DNA of 64,000 bases from Camelus ferus (Eukaryota). Numbering within the stretch: the first letter of the stretch is position 1; every line of letters begins with the position of its first letter. The notes beneath the pieces were generated by a model. The model was not told the DNA's origin. It saw only the letters and a program-made list of their open reading frames with translations, and searched no databases. Below are positions 1-12,826 of the stretch, piece after piece. Both the position numbers and the translations under genes were made by a program. The stretch covers positions 85,748,001-85,812,000 of the forward strand of contig NC_045696.1 of NCBI RefSeq assembly GCF_009834535.1, in the 5' to 3' direction.

Positions 1-299
1 CAATAAATATTTTAATTCTTCTGTGCTGACTACATGACAACAGAATAGACTAATTACACAAAGGACAGGAACCTTTAAAAGAACGTGAACTTACAATAAT
101 GTGTATTAATATGTGAATTTGATAAATCACAACTCAGAGCATCTGTCTTTGATAGGGTGTAATTTATTAAATTCATCAAATATTTATTGTTCTCCCAAGT
201 GAAAGGAACAAAAGAATAAGTGATATTTTAACACATATATTTGAAGAAGTAAGATTAACAATACTAACCGTATAATTCCTTTTATAAATGTTTTATCAG

Positions 300-417
300 G
301 CACTTTGTGCAACTCGAGGTTGCTGCTGGAGACCATGGAATAATTCTGTTGTTCCTTGGTGCTTCTTCGTAAATAACCACGGCTATAATGTTGAGGGAAC
401 AACAACAACAAATACTG
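300..417 (+). CDS. SI: SI exon 4 (trefoil 1, C-terminal part)
   Basis: ttatcag|...|gtgaga; 118 nt; [39 protein letters not shown]. Confidence 0.95.
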
Positions 418-708
418 GTGAGAAATGTTCTATCATGGTGATCCAGTATATGTTAAGTTAAATGAAAAAATATATTTAAAATTTTTCTTTAGAAAAATAA
501 TTAAATAAAATCAAATGAGAAATAGGTACACAAGAATGTTTAAATTAGTTTTATTAAGGATTTATTTTTGCATAATTGTATCTTCCAAATAAAAAAAAAG
601 AGGTCATTATTTGTGAGAAAGGCAGTAAAATTAGAAAAATATGAAAATATTTAATTATTAATCTCTGTAAATAAAGTCAATGCATGAAAATTTTTTTATT
701 TCTCTAAG

Positions 709-818
709 GACTTGAAGCCAAATTAAACAGGATACCTTCACCTACACTATTTGGAAATGACATTAACAGTGTTCTCCTCACAACTCAAAGTCAGACACCC
801 AATCGTTTCCGGTTCAAG
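709..818 (+). CDS. SI: SI exon 5
   Basis: ctaag|...|gtttgg; 110 nt; [37 protein letters not shown]. Confidence 0.95.
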
Positions 819-1745
819 GTTTGGTTTTTGAGATTTCTAAAATAAGTTAACAATAAAACACATGTTATGAACACACCCTTCATCCTACCAAAATATTTTC
901 CTTCTTAAGAAATGTTTATTCCAAAGCAAGGAACTAAGTAGACGAGTTACTCCACTTGTCTGAACCTGTCTACTTAAATATAACATAAAACGTAGTTCCT
1001 CTAGCAGTTGTTTTTAGACAACTTAATAGTATAGTTTGTATATAGTATAATATTTGATACAGAGTCCTGAAAAGAATAAAAAATCAATAAACTTTAGTAA
1101 TTTTTATTATTCAACTATTAAACTATGATGAAAGATTAGTTCATCATAAAATTTAATTTGAGAAAGGTGCTAATTGTTCTATATAAATATGACTTACACT
1201 GACTAGATCTTTTTAGTGGTATCACTTGTAGTCATGATTTTAAAGAAACTTCTGCTGTTTTTTTGGCAAGTAGTTTACTAGCATGGTCTTTCAGATTTGG
1301 CAATGAAAATACTATAGCCACCTTTTAGCAACAATTTCACGAGGATTAAGTTCTTTTTAAACAATATTCAAGATCCTCACAGGATTTTTAAGCAGGTGAC
1401 CACTGAAATGCAACAAGGATAATTAAATTCATAAAAACCTAGTATTCAAGAATCAATATATAATAATACAATCATCAATTTTTATATTGGTCAATAAAAA
1501 TCTTTATTTGATATTGTACTTTTATAACCAGCTAATTCTATTAATGCCTTAATTTTTACAGTTTATTCTGAGCATAGCCATTCACTAGTGTTAAAGTTAA
1601 GTTTATGACTAGATTAACAGCTTATCTGTAAAATTATTAAATTTATTATTTGCCTTTGGAACCTGCATTTAATATCTAAGTCAGAATTGAAAAATTAAAT
1701 AATAGTTTTGAATCAAATAATGCTAATTTTAAAAAATCTTTACAG

Positions 1746-1897
1746 TTTACTGATCCAAATAATAGAAGATATGAAGTTCCTCATCAGTTTGTAAAAGAAT
1801 TTAGTGGATCAGCAGCTTCCGATACCTTGTATGATGTGAAAGTTATAGAAAATCCATTTAGCATCAGAGTTGCTAGAAAAAGCAATAATAGAATTTT
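1746..1897 (+). CDS. SI: SI exon 6
   Basis: tacag|...|gtaagt; 152 nt; [19 protein letters not shown]...[16 protein letters not shown]. Confidence 0.95.
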
Positions 1898-2595
1898 GTA
1901 AGTAATTATTTTACATTTATCTAAGTTTAAATAACTGGTCAATTTTATTCTATTTCATAGAATTATGAGTCTTAATTTCAATGCATTTTCACAAAGAATA
2001 AATTTCCTCCTGAAAGAGGGTGGGTGTACATGTTTGTAAGGATTATAATGTTAAAGAGATTTTGATTTCCCATGAATGAAAGATGCAAGACCATGAATTA
2101 AAATATAGAAATGGGACCAACCAAAGTTGAAGGTGGAAAGCAACACATACAATTTTAGCCTTGCCTATATTTTTGTATGCCTAGGACTCTTGTTGTGTCT
2201 TTTCCTCATTTATCATATTCTGTTTCCAATTTGTAGGATCAAATACAGAGAGGGAGTAATTTCTATAGTACTACTGAAGAATTTTTCATATATATATATG
2301 CATGAAATTAAATTTATATTTATATTTATATATAATATATTTATATATAATACATTTAAATTACTATATATAATTTAAATATTACCTAAATGCCCTCATT
2401 ATAATTGTATTTTAAGGGATGTTTGTGGCAAAGAATTTAGTAACTTTCAAGATGTCTGCTCTTGACTCTACCAGCAAGGTTAATTAAACAATTGTCAAGA
2501 TTGAATCTCAGCAATTACTTTTCTTGAGTATATTTTAATAACTTTCAATTGACTTTGTGTTAAATCACAAAAAAGAAATGTTATTTGAGACTTAG

Positions 2596-2651
<56 letters not shown>
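2596..2651. repeat. (GATA)14 microsatellite
   Basis: Perfect tetranucleotide run read directly. Confidence 0.95.
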
Positions 2652-2724
2652 TGCATAAAGCATACAACCTTTTTTCTTTTTGGAAAATGATTTTAAACTT
2701 AATTTTAGTTTATGTATTAGAGAT

Positions 2725-2930
2725 GTGGAAGCCAGTATAGTACTGTATTAAAATCCTATCTCTGAAGCAACGCAAAACTGGTGTGAAATTTGGCGCTACT
2801 GCCTACCAGTTTGTCACCTTGAAAGCATGAATAAATTTGTCCAATTTGTGCCATTTGTGAAGTGGAATTGATAGTGATAGTTGTGTTTTAGGTTTGTGGT
2901 GAAGATAAAAGGAGAGAACACATGAAGGAT
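2725..2930 (+). mobile_element. MIR-like SINE relic
   Basis: Degenerate MIR core (gtgaaatttggcgctactgcctaccagtttgtcaccttg...catttgtgaagtgg...gtggtgaagataaa); approximate bounds. Confidence 0.5.
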
Positions 2931-3082
2931 CATATTGGTGATGATGAAGCAAATTGTGTTGGTGGAATTAACAAGTTGTGGTTGTGGTATAATTCGTATG
3001 TTCCTAAGAGGTGATCACATCTAAAGATTGACATATTTAAATTGAAATATTCTGGATAATAACATAGACCCATATTTGGTAG

Positions 3083-3337
<255 letters not shown>

Positions 3338-4751
3338 TAAAATATTTGAGCAGATGATAATTTTCACCTATTTGGAACCATCATTTATTTGATGTCAGTG
3401 ACACATTTTCCAGAAGCTTATTTACTTTAGGGGAGAGGAGTGATATTGAAGTTCTAAATTAACTCAATAAGTGACCAATAGATTTTATGAATATTTATAG
3501 ATAGTTCCAGTTTACAAATGTTTTCTTTTTGTTTTCATTTTTACATTTTATCATTCCCATTTTGGTCACCCTTATATTTAAATCTATCCATGGCTAGTTA
3601 TTGCACTAGAATAATTCCAAACACTTAACTTGCTCTCCATAGCTTTGTATGCTATGTCATCTACCTGTCTGTTGGACATCATGCCCTGCATCTATACTTT
3701 TTCTTCTTCCATAACATATGATAATCTTTAATAAGTTCACATATTTTCGTAGAGGGTTGATTCTCTTTCTAAGTGCTTTGAAATTCTTTATTATTTTTAC
3801 AAGTCATTGAGAGCTCATTTGGTTTTATTTCATAAGAACTCACCTCAAAGTCCCCCATGCAGGATTAGTCTTTACTTTCCAATCCTTTATTCATATTTTT
3901 GTATGACAATTATCACAGCATATTATTTGTATATATATTTGTCTGTATTTCTAGAATATGCGATTCTTCAGGACAAAGACCATACCATTAAAAAAACTCT
4001 TTTTAAAAATTGATTCATGATTGCTTTAAGTCAAATGTTAGTGATTTTTTTAAAATATTAGTGTTAACTACTTCATTCCCCAAAATGAATAAATGAATTG
4101 TTTTTAATACCCTCATTTGGTACAAAAATATTAATAAATTCTATCAATCTTTTTTAACAGCATCATTGTTTGTGATAAATACCTAATAAACACCAGACTG
4201 AGAATCTCATAGCTGTTTTTATACATTTTTTCCTTTAAACCTCCATATCCAATCAGACAAGAAGTCTTTTTTCATTTACTGTTTAAGTGTATTTCCAATT
4301 TTCCTCCACCACTTCATCTACTTACCAGTTCTCAACAACTGTACTGCAGAAGTTCTTTGAGGGTGGACATCATCTTGGAATTCCCTGCAATACCTTGGGC
4401 AAAAATGGGACATAATGGATAAACATGCTATTGTCCTATCATGAATAGCTCTTTAAAACTCATTTAATCATAATAAAACATAAAGTATAGTTAAGTAATC
4501 TATGAATAGTATAATATATAGTTAAATAATATTTATGTTTTGATATATTCATAATTTTAAAAAGTTCAAGTGTTTCTTATGTACAATGTGTCATATGGTC
4601 CATGGAGTAGAGAATTATAGGAATATGGGAGTAAGCTAAATATGAGCAGTAAATTACAGAAACAAATTGGAATTCATAAAGGCCATTTTAAATATAGAAT
4701 CTATCTTTCAAAAATGTTTTAACTTTTAATTTTGAAATCTGTGCCTTACAG

Positions 4752-4851
4752 AATAATAATAATTTATATGGTCATCAAACATTCTTCATGTGCATTGAAG
4801 ATACTTCTGGAAAGTCATTTGGTGTTTTCTTAATGAATAGCAATGCAATGG
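4752..4851 (+). CDS. SI: SI exon 8
   Basis: tacag|...|gtaaga; 100 nt; [33 protein letters not shown]. Confidence 0.95.
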
Positions 4852-5717
4852 GTAAGAATAATTTACCTAATATTATGTTTAAATGAGACTTAACTTGAAG
4901 TGGTTTAACTCCTTTATTTATTCCAATCATAGATATCACATATCAGAGTAAAATTTGTTGTTAATGATTTAGTGTGTGAGATTATTATAAGCAGGTTTTA
5001 CAGTTAGTTGGACAATGGATTTTTGCATATCAGTGCTTCCATTTTGGGGACAGTATGCAATATTGTGATATTCAGGCCCTTCCTTTTCCCTCCAGATGAA
5101 CACTGAAACACATTCAGGCAAATAAAAAGTCCCATTCCCCTAGTCTTGTTTGTTAAATAAGTTAATATAAGATAAAAAAGAGAAAAGTCTATATGGGGAT
5201 AGAAAAATGATTTTTTAGTTTATCATAATTCAGGTAATGTAGAATCTTTTGTTATTTAATGTTGTGAATGCAAGACCTATATTTGATAGGTGAATCAGTG
5301 ATAAAAAAGTTACAAAAATTAATAATATTCCAGCAAGAGCACTCTACTATATAGGTTAGTCAAGCAATTACTATGTCCTACATATAGAAAAATTTAAAAC
5401 CTTTGTATTTTTTTCTTAGAAATTAACATGTGGTAATAAGATCTTTCAGAGAATCTTCAATTAAAATAACCAACTAAAATGCTATTGTAGAAAAAAATCT
5501 TTTTGTTGTAAAAGGACTGATCCTCTATCCCTTGCTAAGCAGTTACAAGAGGAACTTTTGCCAACATCCATAGAAAGAAACATCTGGAATATCCTATCAT
5601 AAACCTCATACATGGTGGCATTTTTCTCCTATATTCTTATCTTCAATATCTTATTTCCTCTTAATTGTATAAAAAAGACTGTAAAATTACGTGATTAATA
5701 TGAAGTACTTTAAATAG

Positions 5718-5957
<240 letters not shown>

Positions 5958-8558
5958 TAACATGTCCACAAATTTAAGTGATTTTAGCTAAAATATTTGT
6001 GACCTCTTAGTTAAGTGTAATTTTAAACCCTACCATTTTTCAGATATGAGAAGATAGTTTTATTTTCTTTTTCTTATATGACACCAATATATATTTAAAT
6101 GTCTATATTTCTGATATCACATTGTTTCTTGCTTCTACACAGCTGAGATCAGGAATTGAATTTCCCTAAGATATTGCATATTAAATATTTACTTATTTAT
6201 GACCTTCTTTGATGGGCTAAAACAGAAGGAAGTATCTTCAGGACTGAGCCTAGGCAATAGACATATATAGGTCATACATCCCTTTGGTAAGAATTCTAGA
6301 GGCAAGTGAGTTATAAGGAAGACTAGTGAAGCTTGCTGTTAACGTACAGTAGGTAAACTCCAGGTATACTGGCTCTTAAACTCAGGCTTAGAAGGGCAGA
6401 TTTTGAAATACAGTCGGAAATTTTACATCTTAAGGTTACTGTCTAAACAACTCTCACTTACCAATTAAACAACATCTTAGTGTACCTGAGCCCAGGATGG
6501 ACGTTAGAGAGGTGAGGAATCCAGGGTTTATTTTGAACGTGATTCTAAAATTTTCTCCCATGTAATTGTCCTCTGGTGACTGTTAGTGTATATAATTTGT
6601 GATGTCATGAAAAATAGATTATTTTTATTGGTATGAGATGTTTTTAACACCTTGTTTTATACGTAAATCTTTTGACATATAATTCCCATTTCCTAAATGA
6701 TTTCAAAAGGGAAGTAATTATCAAAAACTTTAATTAGGATGTAAAAATCTGAGATAAGAGTAGCTAGTGTTTTACACAATTGAATAATTTACACTAACAG
6801 TTCCCAAATTGCTGTTCATAAATTGAATTTCAGAAAAGCACACAAAATTTGCAGTGTTTATAATAAGCAATCATAATTACTGTGTATGGTTATCACACTA
6901 TCAAAACAGGCTGTAGCACATTTTTTTTAAAGAATTTGACATGTGATTTGTGAAATGTTAGTGGAATAGTTGTCTGTTACATGCTGAGTAATGTCTGTGG
7001 TCAGCAATAGTTGAGTTTGAGTCATGCTTGACCTGTGAGTGCTGCATGCATGTAACATAGCACTTACATACATCATTTTATGGGTGGACTTTCAGAAGCT
7101 TGAATTTAAGCAATAAGCTAAAAGACTCGTGTAGAGTATAGCACTATTAAGCACTGCTGCATTTCAGTGAGGCTCAAATTTTGTAGAGCATAGGCAAAAG
7201 AAACTTTATTTCTTGTTTGAAGGGAAACAAATTATCCTTTCTGTATAAGTTAACGCATTAGTGGTCCCAGATTTATTTAAAACATTATTCATTTGAATGA
7301 CCAGATAGTTTTATAAGTTTTAAAGATAATTTATGTATATAAAGTATATGATGAATAGTACACAAGTTAATATAATATATAATTATACATATTTTATATA
7401 CTTTTATAAAAATAAATTATGAATACATATAATGCACACACACAAAGAAATTTCAATCGCATGTCCAAATCTTTAAAGAAATTCTATGGAACATAAGATG
7501 TTTATGAATAGAGTTTAAAAATACTGAGTTTGGGGGAGTTATTTGATACCAAGTTATCTTAAAAATAAATTTAATCCTTAAACTGAATAGAATACAATAA
7601 CCCAACAGGAGTAATTTAAAAAATTTTATTTAATAGTTTTTAGACATACATGATGAAGAAATAATGGATGCCCCAAAATATAAATATAAATATTTATATA
7701 TAATATATACTTAAATATGTAAATATTATGAGTATTATAAATATTATAATATATATAAATATGTAAGCCAAAGAAAACCCAATATACCAAATAAGTTATT
7801 TGTCTTAACGTAACCTAACACTTAGTTTTCACTGAATAAATTAATGTCAGTTACACTCATTTCCATATCCAAAACCCTGTGCTCTGTTGTGATGAGACAC
7901 TGGTATTCTGTTATGTGTGGCACTGAGCCTGCTTGAGCCATCAGGGAGTGAGGAGAGGTCAAGTGTCCCATTTGGCCCTTGGGGGAAGAAAGAAACCAAG
8001 CCCCTATATGTGAATAAGATAAGTACCTTATGAAATAACTGGCTGAGAGCCTTGTAGACACATATTTCATTAATATTTTTGAAAACTAGAGAGAAACAAG
8101 TGTCAAAATGTAAGGGAATTGAAATCACATACTTTTAGACATCTTTTTCTTCCATTAAGACCATTCATTCATTCATTTTCTTGCTACAGGAAGTGGGAGT
8201 GTGGTGTGACAATTTATTTCTCTCTTATCTCTAAAGCTTTCTTTTCTTCTTTTCAACTTTCCATTGGGGCATAATATACTTTTGCAAATGCTACTTTTTA
8301 AAGTGCTACCTTTCTAGTTTTTTTTTTTTAACATAAAATGAACAAAAGATGAGTGACAGACATACACTTGTTAAGTGTTTCATAACAACATTTTAACAGA
8401 CTATCCATGACACATTTTAGAATGCAGATAACACTAAATCTTTGTTTAAATATGTAGTTAAACTCAAATCCATACTAGAGAAGTAACAATAAGGAGCATA
8501 TTAATATTAGTTTCTAATGCTCACTACAGAAACTAATAAAATATCCATTTACTTCAAG

Positions 8559-8684
8559 CTCATTGGACGACCAGCAATGCCAGCATATTGGAGTCTTGGA
8601 TTCCAACTGAGTCGCTGGAATTACAAGACACTTGATGTAGTGAAAGAAGTGGTGCAAAGAAATCGAGAAGCTGGCATACCATTT
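8559..8684 (+). CDS. SI: SI exon 10
   Basis: ttcaag|...|gtaagt; 126 nt; [42 protein letters not shown]. Confidence 0.95.
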
Positions 8685-9015
8685 GTAAGTGGGATGATAG
8701 ATTTGTGAGAGTATACACCAAGTTAAATATTGTCACGTAAGAATAAGTATGGGAAACTGTCAGGATTACCATATATGTTATATATGGTATATATACGTAT
8801 ATAGAGAGTATAGATAGATAATTAAGATTCATTTTAATGATAAAGTACACTTTATGTCCATTTGCAATGCCCACGCCTACCTGAATTTTGAGAACTGATT
8901 ATGATTTATACTAAAATAGAACATATGTTTAAATGTGAACAAAATTATATTCATTTTTTAAACAGACTTTATTTTTAGAATCTATATACTTTTTAATGTA
9001 GTAAAAATTTAATAT

Positions 9016-9196
9016 GGGGGAAAGGTGTAGCTCAGTTTGTAGAGTGCTTGCTTAGCATGCATGAGGTCCTGGGTTCAATCCCCAGTACCTCCATTAAAAT
9101 AATAAGTAAATAAATAAGAACCTAATTACTTCCCCCCAAAATAAAAAATAAAAAAAATTGACAAATAGAATTAAAAAAAATAAAAGTTAAAAAAAT
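9016..9196 (+). mobile_element. tRNA-derived SINE, camelid Vic-1-like
   Basis: A box (tagctcagtttg) and B box (gggttcaatccc), cttagcatgcatgaggtcctg body, cctaattacttcccccc and A-rich tail; resembles Vic-1 as recalled. Confidence 0.85.
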
Positions 9197-9441
9197 TAAT
9201 GTATTTTATGTAATGTGTAGGTTTTTGATTTTTATACAATGAACCCTTTATATGTGGGTTTATTATATGTATGACAATACATATCCAGTAATCATAACTG
9301 AAATACATGTGAATAATCACTTAATGCTTTTGTACTTCAGAATTAGAAAATCTTGTTTTATAAACTATATCATTGCATCTTTAGTGAAATAAAAGGGATA
9401 CAAGCTCATTTACCTTTTAATTGTTGTAGTTATAATACTAA

Positions 9442-9627
<186 letters not shown>

Positions 9628-9698
9628 TGAATACATTTTTAGTATTTACACATTTATAGATTAATAGATTTTCTATAGTTTCTTCTTTCTATTGTTAG

Positions 9699-9818
9699 GA
9701 CCCTGCAATTTCCATAGAGAAACGTACCAATGGAGCAGCATATGAAACCTATGATAGGGGAACTGAACAAAAAGTGTGGGTAAATGAGTCAGATGGGACT
9801 ACAGCAATTATTGGAGAG
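9699..9818 (+). CDS. SI: SI exon 12
   Basis: gttag|...|gtaaat; 120 nt; [40 protein letters not shown]. Confidence 0.95.
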
Positions 9819-10796
9819 GTAAATTATGATATTCACTAATATGTTGCTCCAATTTTCTATTGTGCAACAACAAAGTTTTTCAAAGTGTGTTTGTGTGTGT
9901 ATGTATTTGCTCTCAAATCTGGATTTGATATAATAATTGCATTGAGAAATTTTAGAGGAAATATTCCACTTAGCTCTAAAACAGTTTTTGCAAGAAGACA
10001 ATTTTCAATTATGTAAGCAATTAAAACTAATGGTAACAAAATATGAGATAAATTTAGATTATTATAAAAATTCTGATAGTTTGATATGAAATAATTACAT
10101 ATATAAATTGAGTATTTACATGCAGGTTATTAAGATTTATGGTTTACATCTTCATAATAGAATTGTGAGATAGCTATGATTAAAATTATTGCTTTACATG
10201 TGAAAAAAGTGAATTTAAGAGAGATAACTTTCTTCATATCACAGAACTAATAAGGAACACTATCAGAAAACTGCCTTAACTTCAAAAGGCATAATTTTAA
10301 ACCAGGATAACTATTCTTTTGGAGACAACTTTGTAAGACATATCAAAAACCATCAATATCTAGATACACTGACTTGATAATTCCACTTCTGTAATTTAGT
10401 CAAAGGAAATAAAACAGGAGAAATTATCAATTTATAGAAACATATTTATTGTAACATTGTCTACAATAATAAACACTATCCTAATCATCACTTTTTTAAA
10501 TCACATTCATCAAAGTTAAAATTTCTGATGAAAGCTTTCCTCAAATAATTATGAGTTCCATCAGGAATCAAAAACCAATATTCCTCCTCATAATGCCCAG
10601 TAATATCTCACAAAATACATTTTGTTAAGACCTGTTCTATTGAATTTGGATAGATCAGATTGCCAATATACATAATTTGGATATAAAACAGTATTAATTA
10701 TCCTAATACATTTGAAATTGAATTTCTGTTGCCTAATATCATTATGTTAAATTTTAATTAAAATAATTTCAAGAAGCACAAATCATAAAGTGGAAG

Positions 10797-11090
10797 CATT
10801 GTATATGTAATGTTTAATAACATGGACTCAGATATAAGATTGTCTAGGTTTGAATTTCTTTTGTGCCACTTATTAGTAGTGTGACTGTGAAAATGTTATT
10901 CAACTTCTCTGTTCATCCCTTATTTCATCTGTACAAGGAGTTTAATTATACTGCCTATCTCATCTGTAAAGGGATGATAAAAATAGTATCTATCCCCTAA
11001 AGTTCTAGTGAAGATTTAATGAATTAATAAGTATAAAAATAATTGGGACAGTACTTAGTACACAATAAGTGTCATATTCTCATTTGTTAA
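10797..11090 (+). mobile_element. MIR SINE with a repeated core segment
   Basis: ggtttgaattt...gccacttattagtagtgtgactgtg...tcatctgta (twice)...gtgaagatttaatga...cacaataagtg. Confidence 0.7.
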
Positions 11091-11514
11091 ATAAAAAATA
11101 AATACGTAAGGAATTCTCTTGCTTAAATTTCTTGGGAAAAAAATGCCTTTGGAAATGAACTAGTGTGCTTTATTTTATCAGACAATGACTATTATATAGT
11201 TTTTGTTTGTTTTTTAACTTAGCCTACTAGGATGCCAAGAAATAAGTTTAACTGAAGTCAAAAATAGCAGCTTCATTCCACGTTCTTATATTTTTCCCTT
11301 CTTAAATGCTTCATGTTCTCACTTTCTCTTTCTTTTCTTTAGCTACTTTCCCTTACATGCACTTTAAAATAGGCCTGAAATTATTATAAATATAGATAGT
11401 ACATGAGTCATTGTAACTTTGATAACTTTTAACTCTTTACTTAGTTCATTTGAATTTTTATTTATTTATGTTTCCTTTTATTTATGTATTTGTGTGAATG
11501 ATCTGTTCTTCCAG

Positions 11515-11628
11515 GTATGGCCAGGATTAACAGTATACCCTGATTTCACTAGTGCAAACTGCATAGAATGGTGGGTAAATGAATGCAACCTTTTCCATCA
11601 AGAAGTGAATTATGATGGACTTTGGATT
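11515..11628 (+). CDS. SI: SI exon 13
   Basis: tccag|...|gtaagt; 114 nt; [38 protein letters not shown]. Confidence 0.95.
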
Positions 11629-12686
11629 GTAAGTAGTCATTTGAGACCTGTGATTTTGGACAATGAATATAGATTTATTTTTCCATAAAATAATTACTAA
11701 GTTGCCAAGATATATTTTATAATGTATTGAACTTAAAAATAATGTTCTTATTATATTTTTCCAGAATGTATAGATCTCATACCTGTCATGTTCATGGGTT
11801 AGAAAAATAATAAAAAGTTAAAACTCTAAATTGAGGTCTGCAGTAGTCAAGCAATTGCAGCAACATGGACCTGAATAAGCCCTCACCCTTTAGAAACTTT
11901 TTTAGTTAGTTATGAAATAGAACACATCAAGATTGGCAATAGGTTAAGTGTTTTATCTCAAGGTAAACAATAACAACAGCAAATAAAATTCTAGATTACT
12001 GGCAAAGTTATTAAAGAAAAATACTAATGTTTAAAAATTTCTTTGGATGAAGTTTTATATCTGTAGCTATTGTTGCCTGCCACTAAATTTATTATTTAGA
12101 ATAATGCTATATGATAGTTAACAATTTAGTGTCTTTTGTTATGGAAACTATAACACCATTTGGGAAATGAAACTACTGGTAACCCTAGAATTCTGTATTC
12201 CAGAAAAAATGTATAATAAGCCTGAACACAGAGAGAACACCAAGGATGTTGTTCAAAGTATTACAACTGCCCAGAATTTTGGAAGGGGATATAATGGATG
12301 TCTAGAAATAGCTATATTTTCTTTGACTATTTAGGTCACAATACCTCTACTTTCCTGAAGTGCTCATTATTAATTCAGTCATTATTTAAATTATTCATTT
12401 AATCGTTTCAATTATTTATTTATTTAATCAATTAAAACTATTTATTTTGCACCATCATGACAACATGGAGTTGAGTAAGTTAGGAAAATCTTCAGAATTC
12501 CTACAATTGGTAGTAGAATGAAAATGGAGAGGATTTAGTCATTTGATGCAAAATTAGTGAGATTGCAATGATGATACCTAGCTTCTGGTAGAAATAACAA
12601 AAAAAAAAATTGTAATCTGCTCTTGAGTTTTGTTTTTAATTTTTGCTCCAATTTCAATGAACTATTTAATTTAAATTAAAGGTGCT

Positions 12687-12691
12687 TTTCC

Positions 12692-12724
<33 letters not shown>

Positions 12725-12826
12725 TAACTTCCTTCCTTCCTTCCTTTCTTCCTTTCCTTCCTTCTTTCCTTCCTTCCTTCCATCATCTTTCTCTCTTTTT
12801 TTCCTTCCTTATTTCTTTCTTTTTCC
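12687..12826. repeat. (CTTT)n/(CTTC)n compound pyrimidine repeat
   Basis: Read directly; explains the F/L/S/P-rich ORF at 12682-12873. Confidence 0.9.

Noticed and set aside
4960..4972. HNF1-like site GTTAATGATTTAG
   Set aside because: It is an imperfect match expected by chance in DNA this AT-rich, and has no independent support.
7886..7926. C/D-box snoRNA-like GTGATGA...CTGA
   Set aside because: The spacing is too short, with no terminal stem or recognisable guide.
9016..9092. Possible tRNA gene (A and B boxes, tRNA-like fold)
   Set aside because: It continues into a SINE-specific tail and poly(A), and the stems are degenerate, so it is a SINE head.
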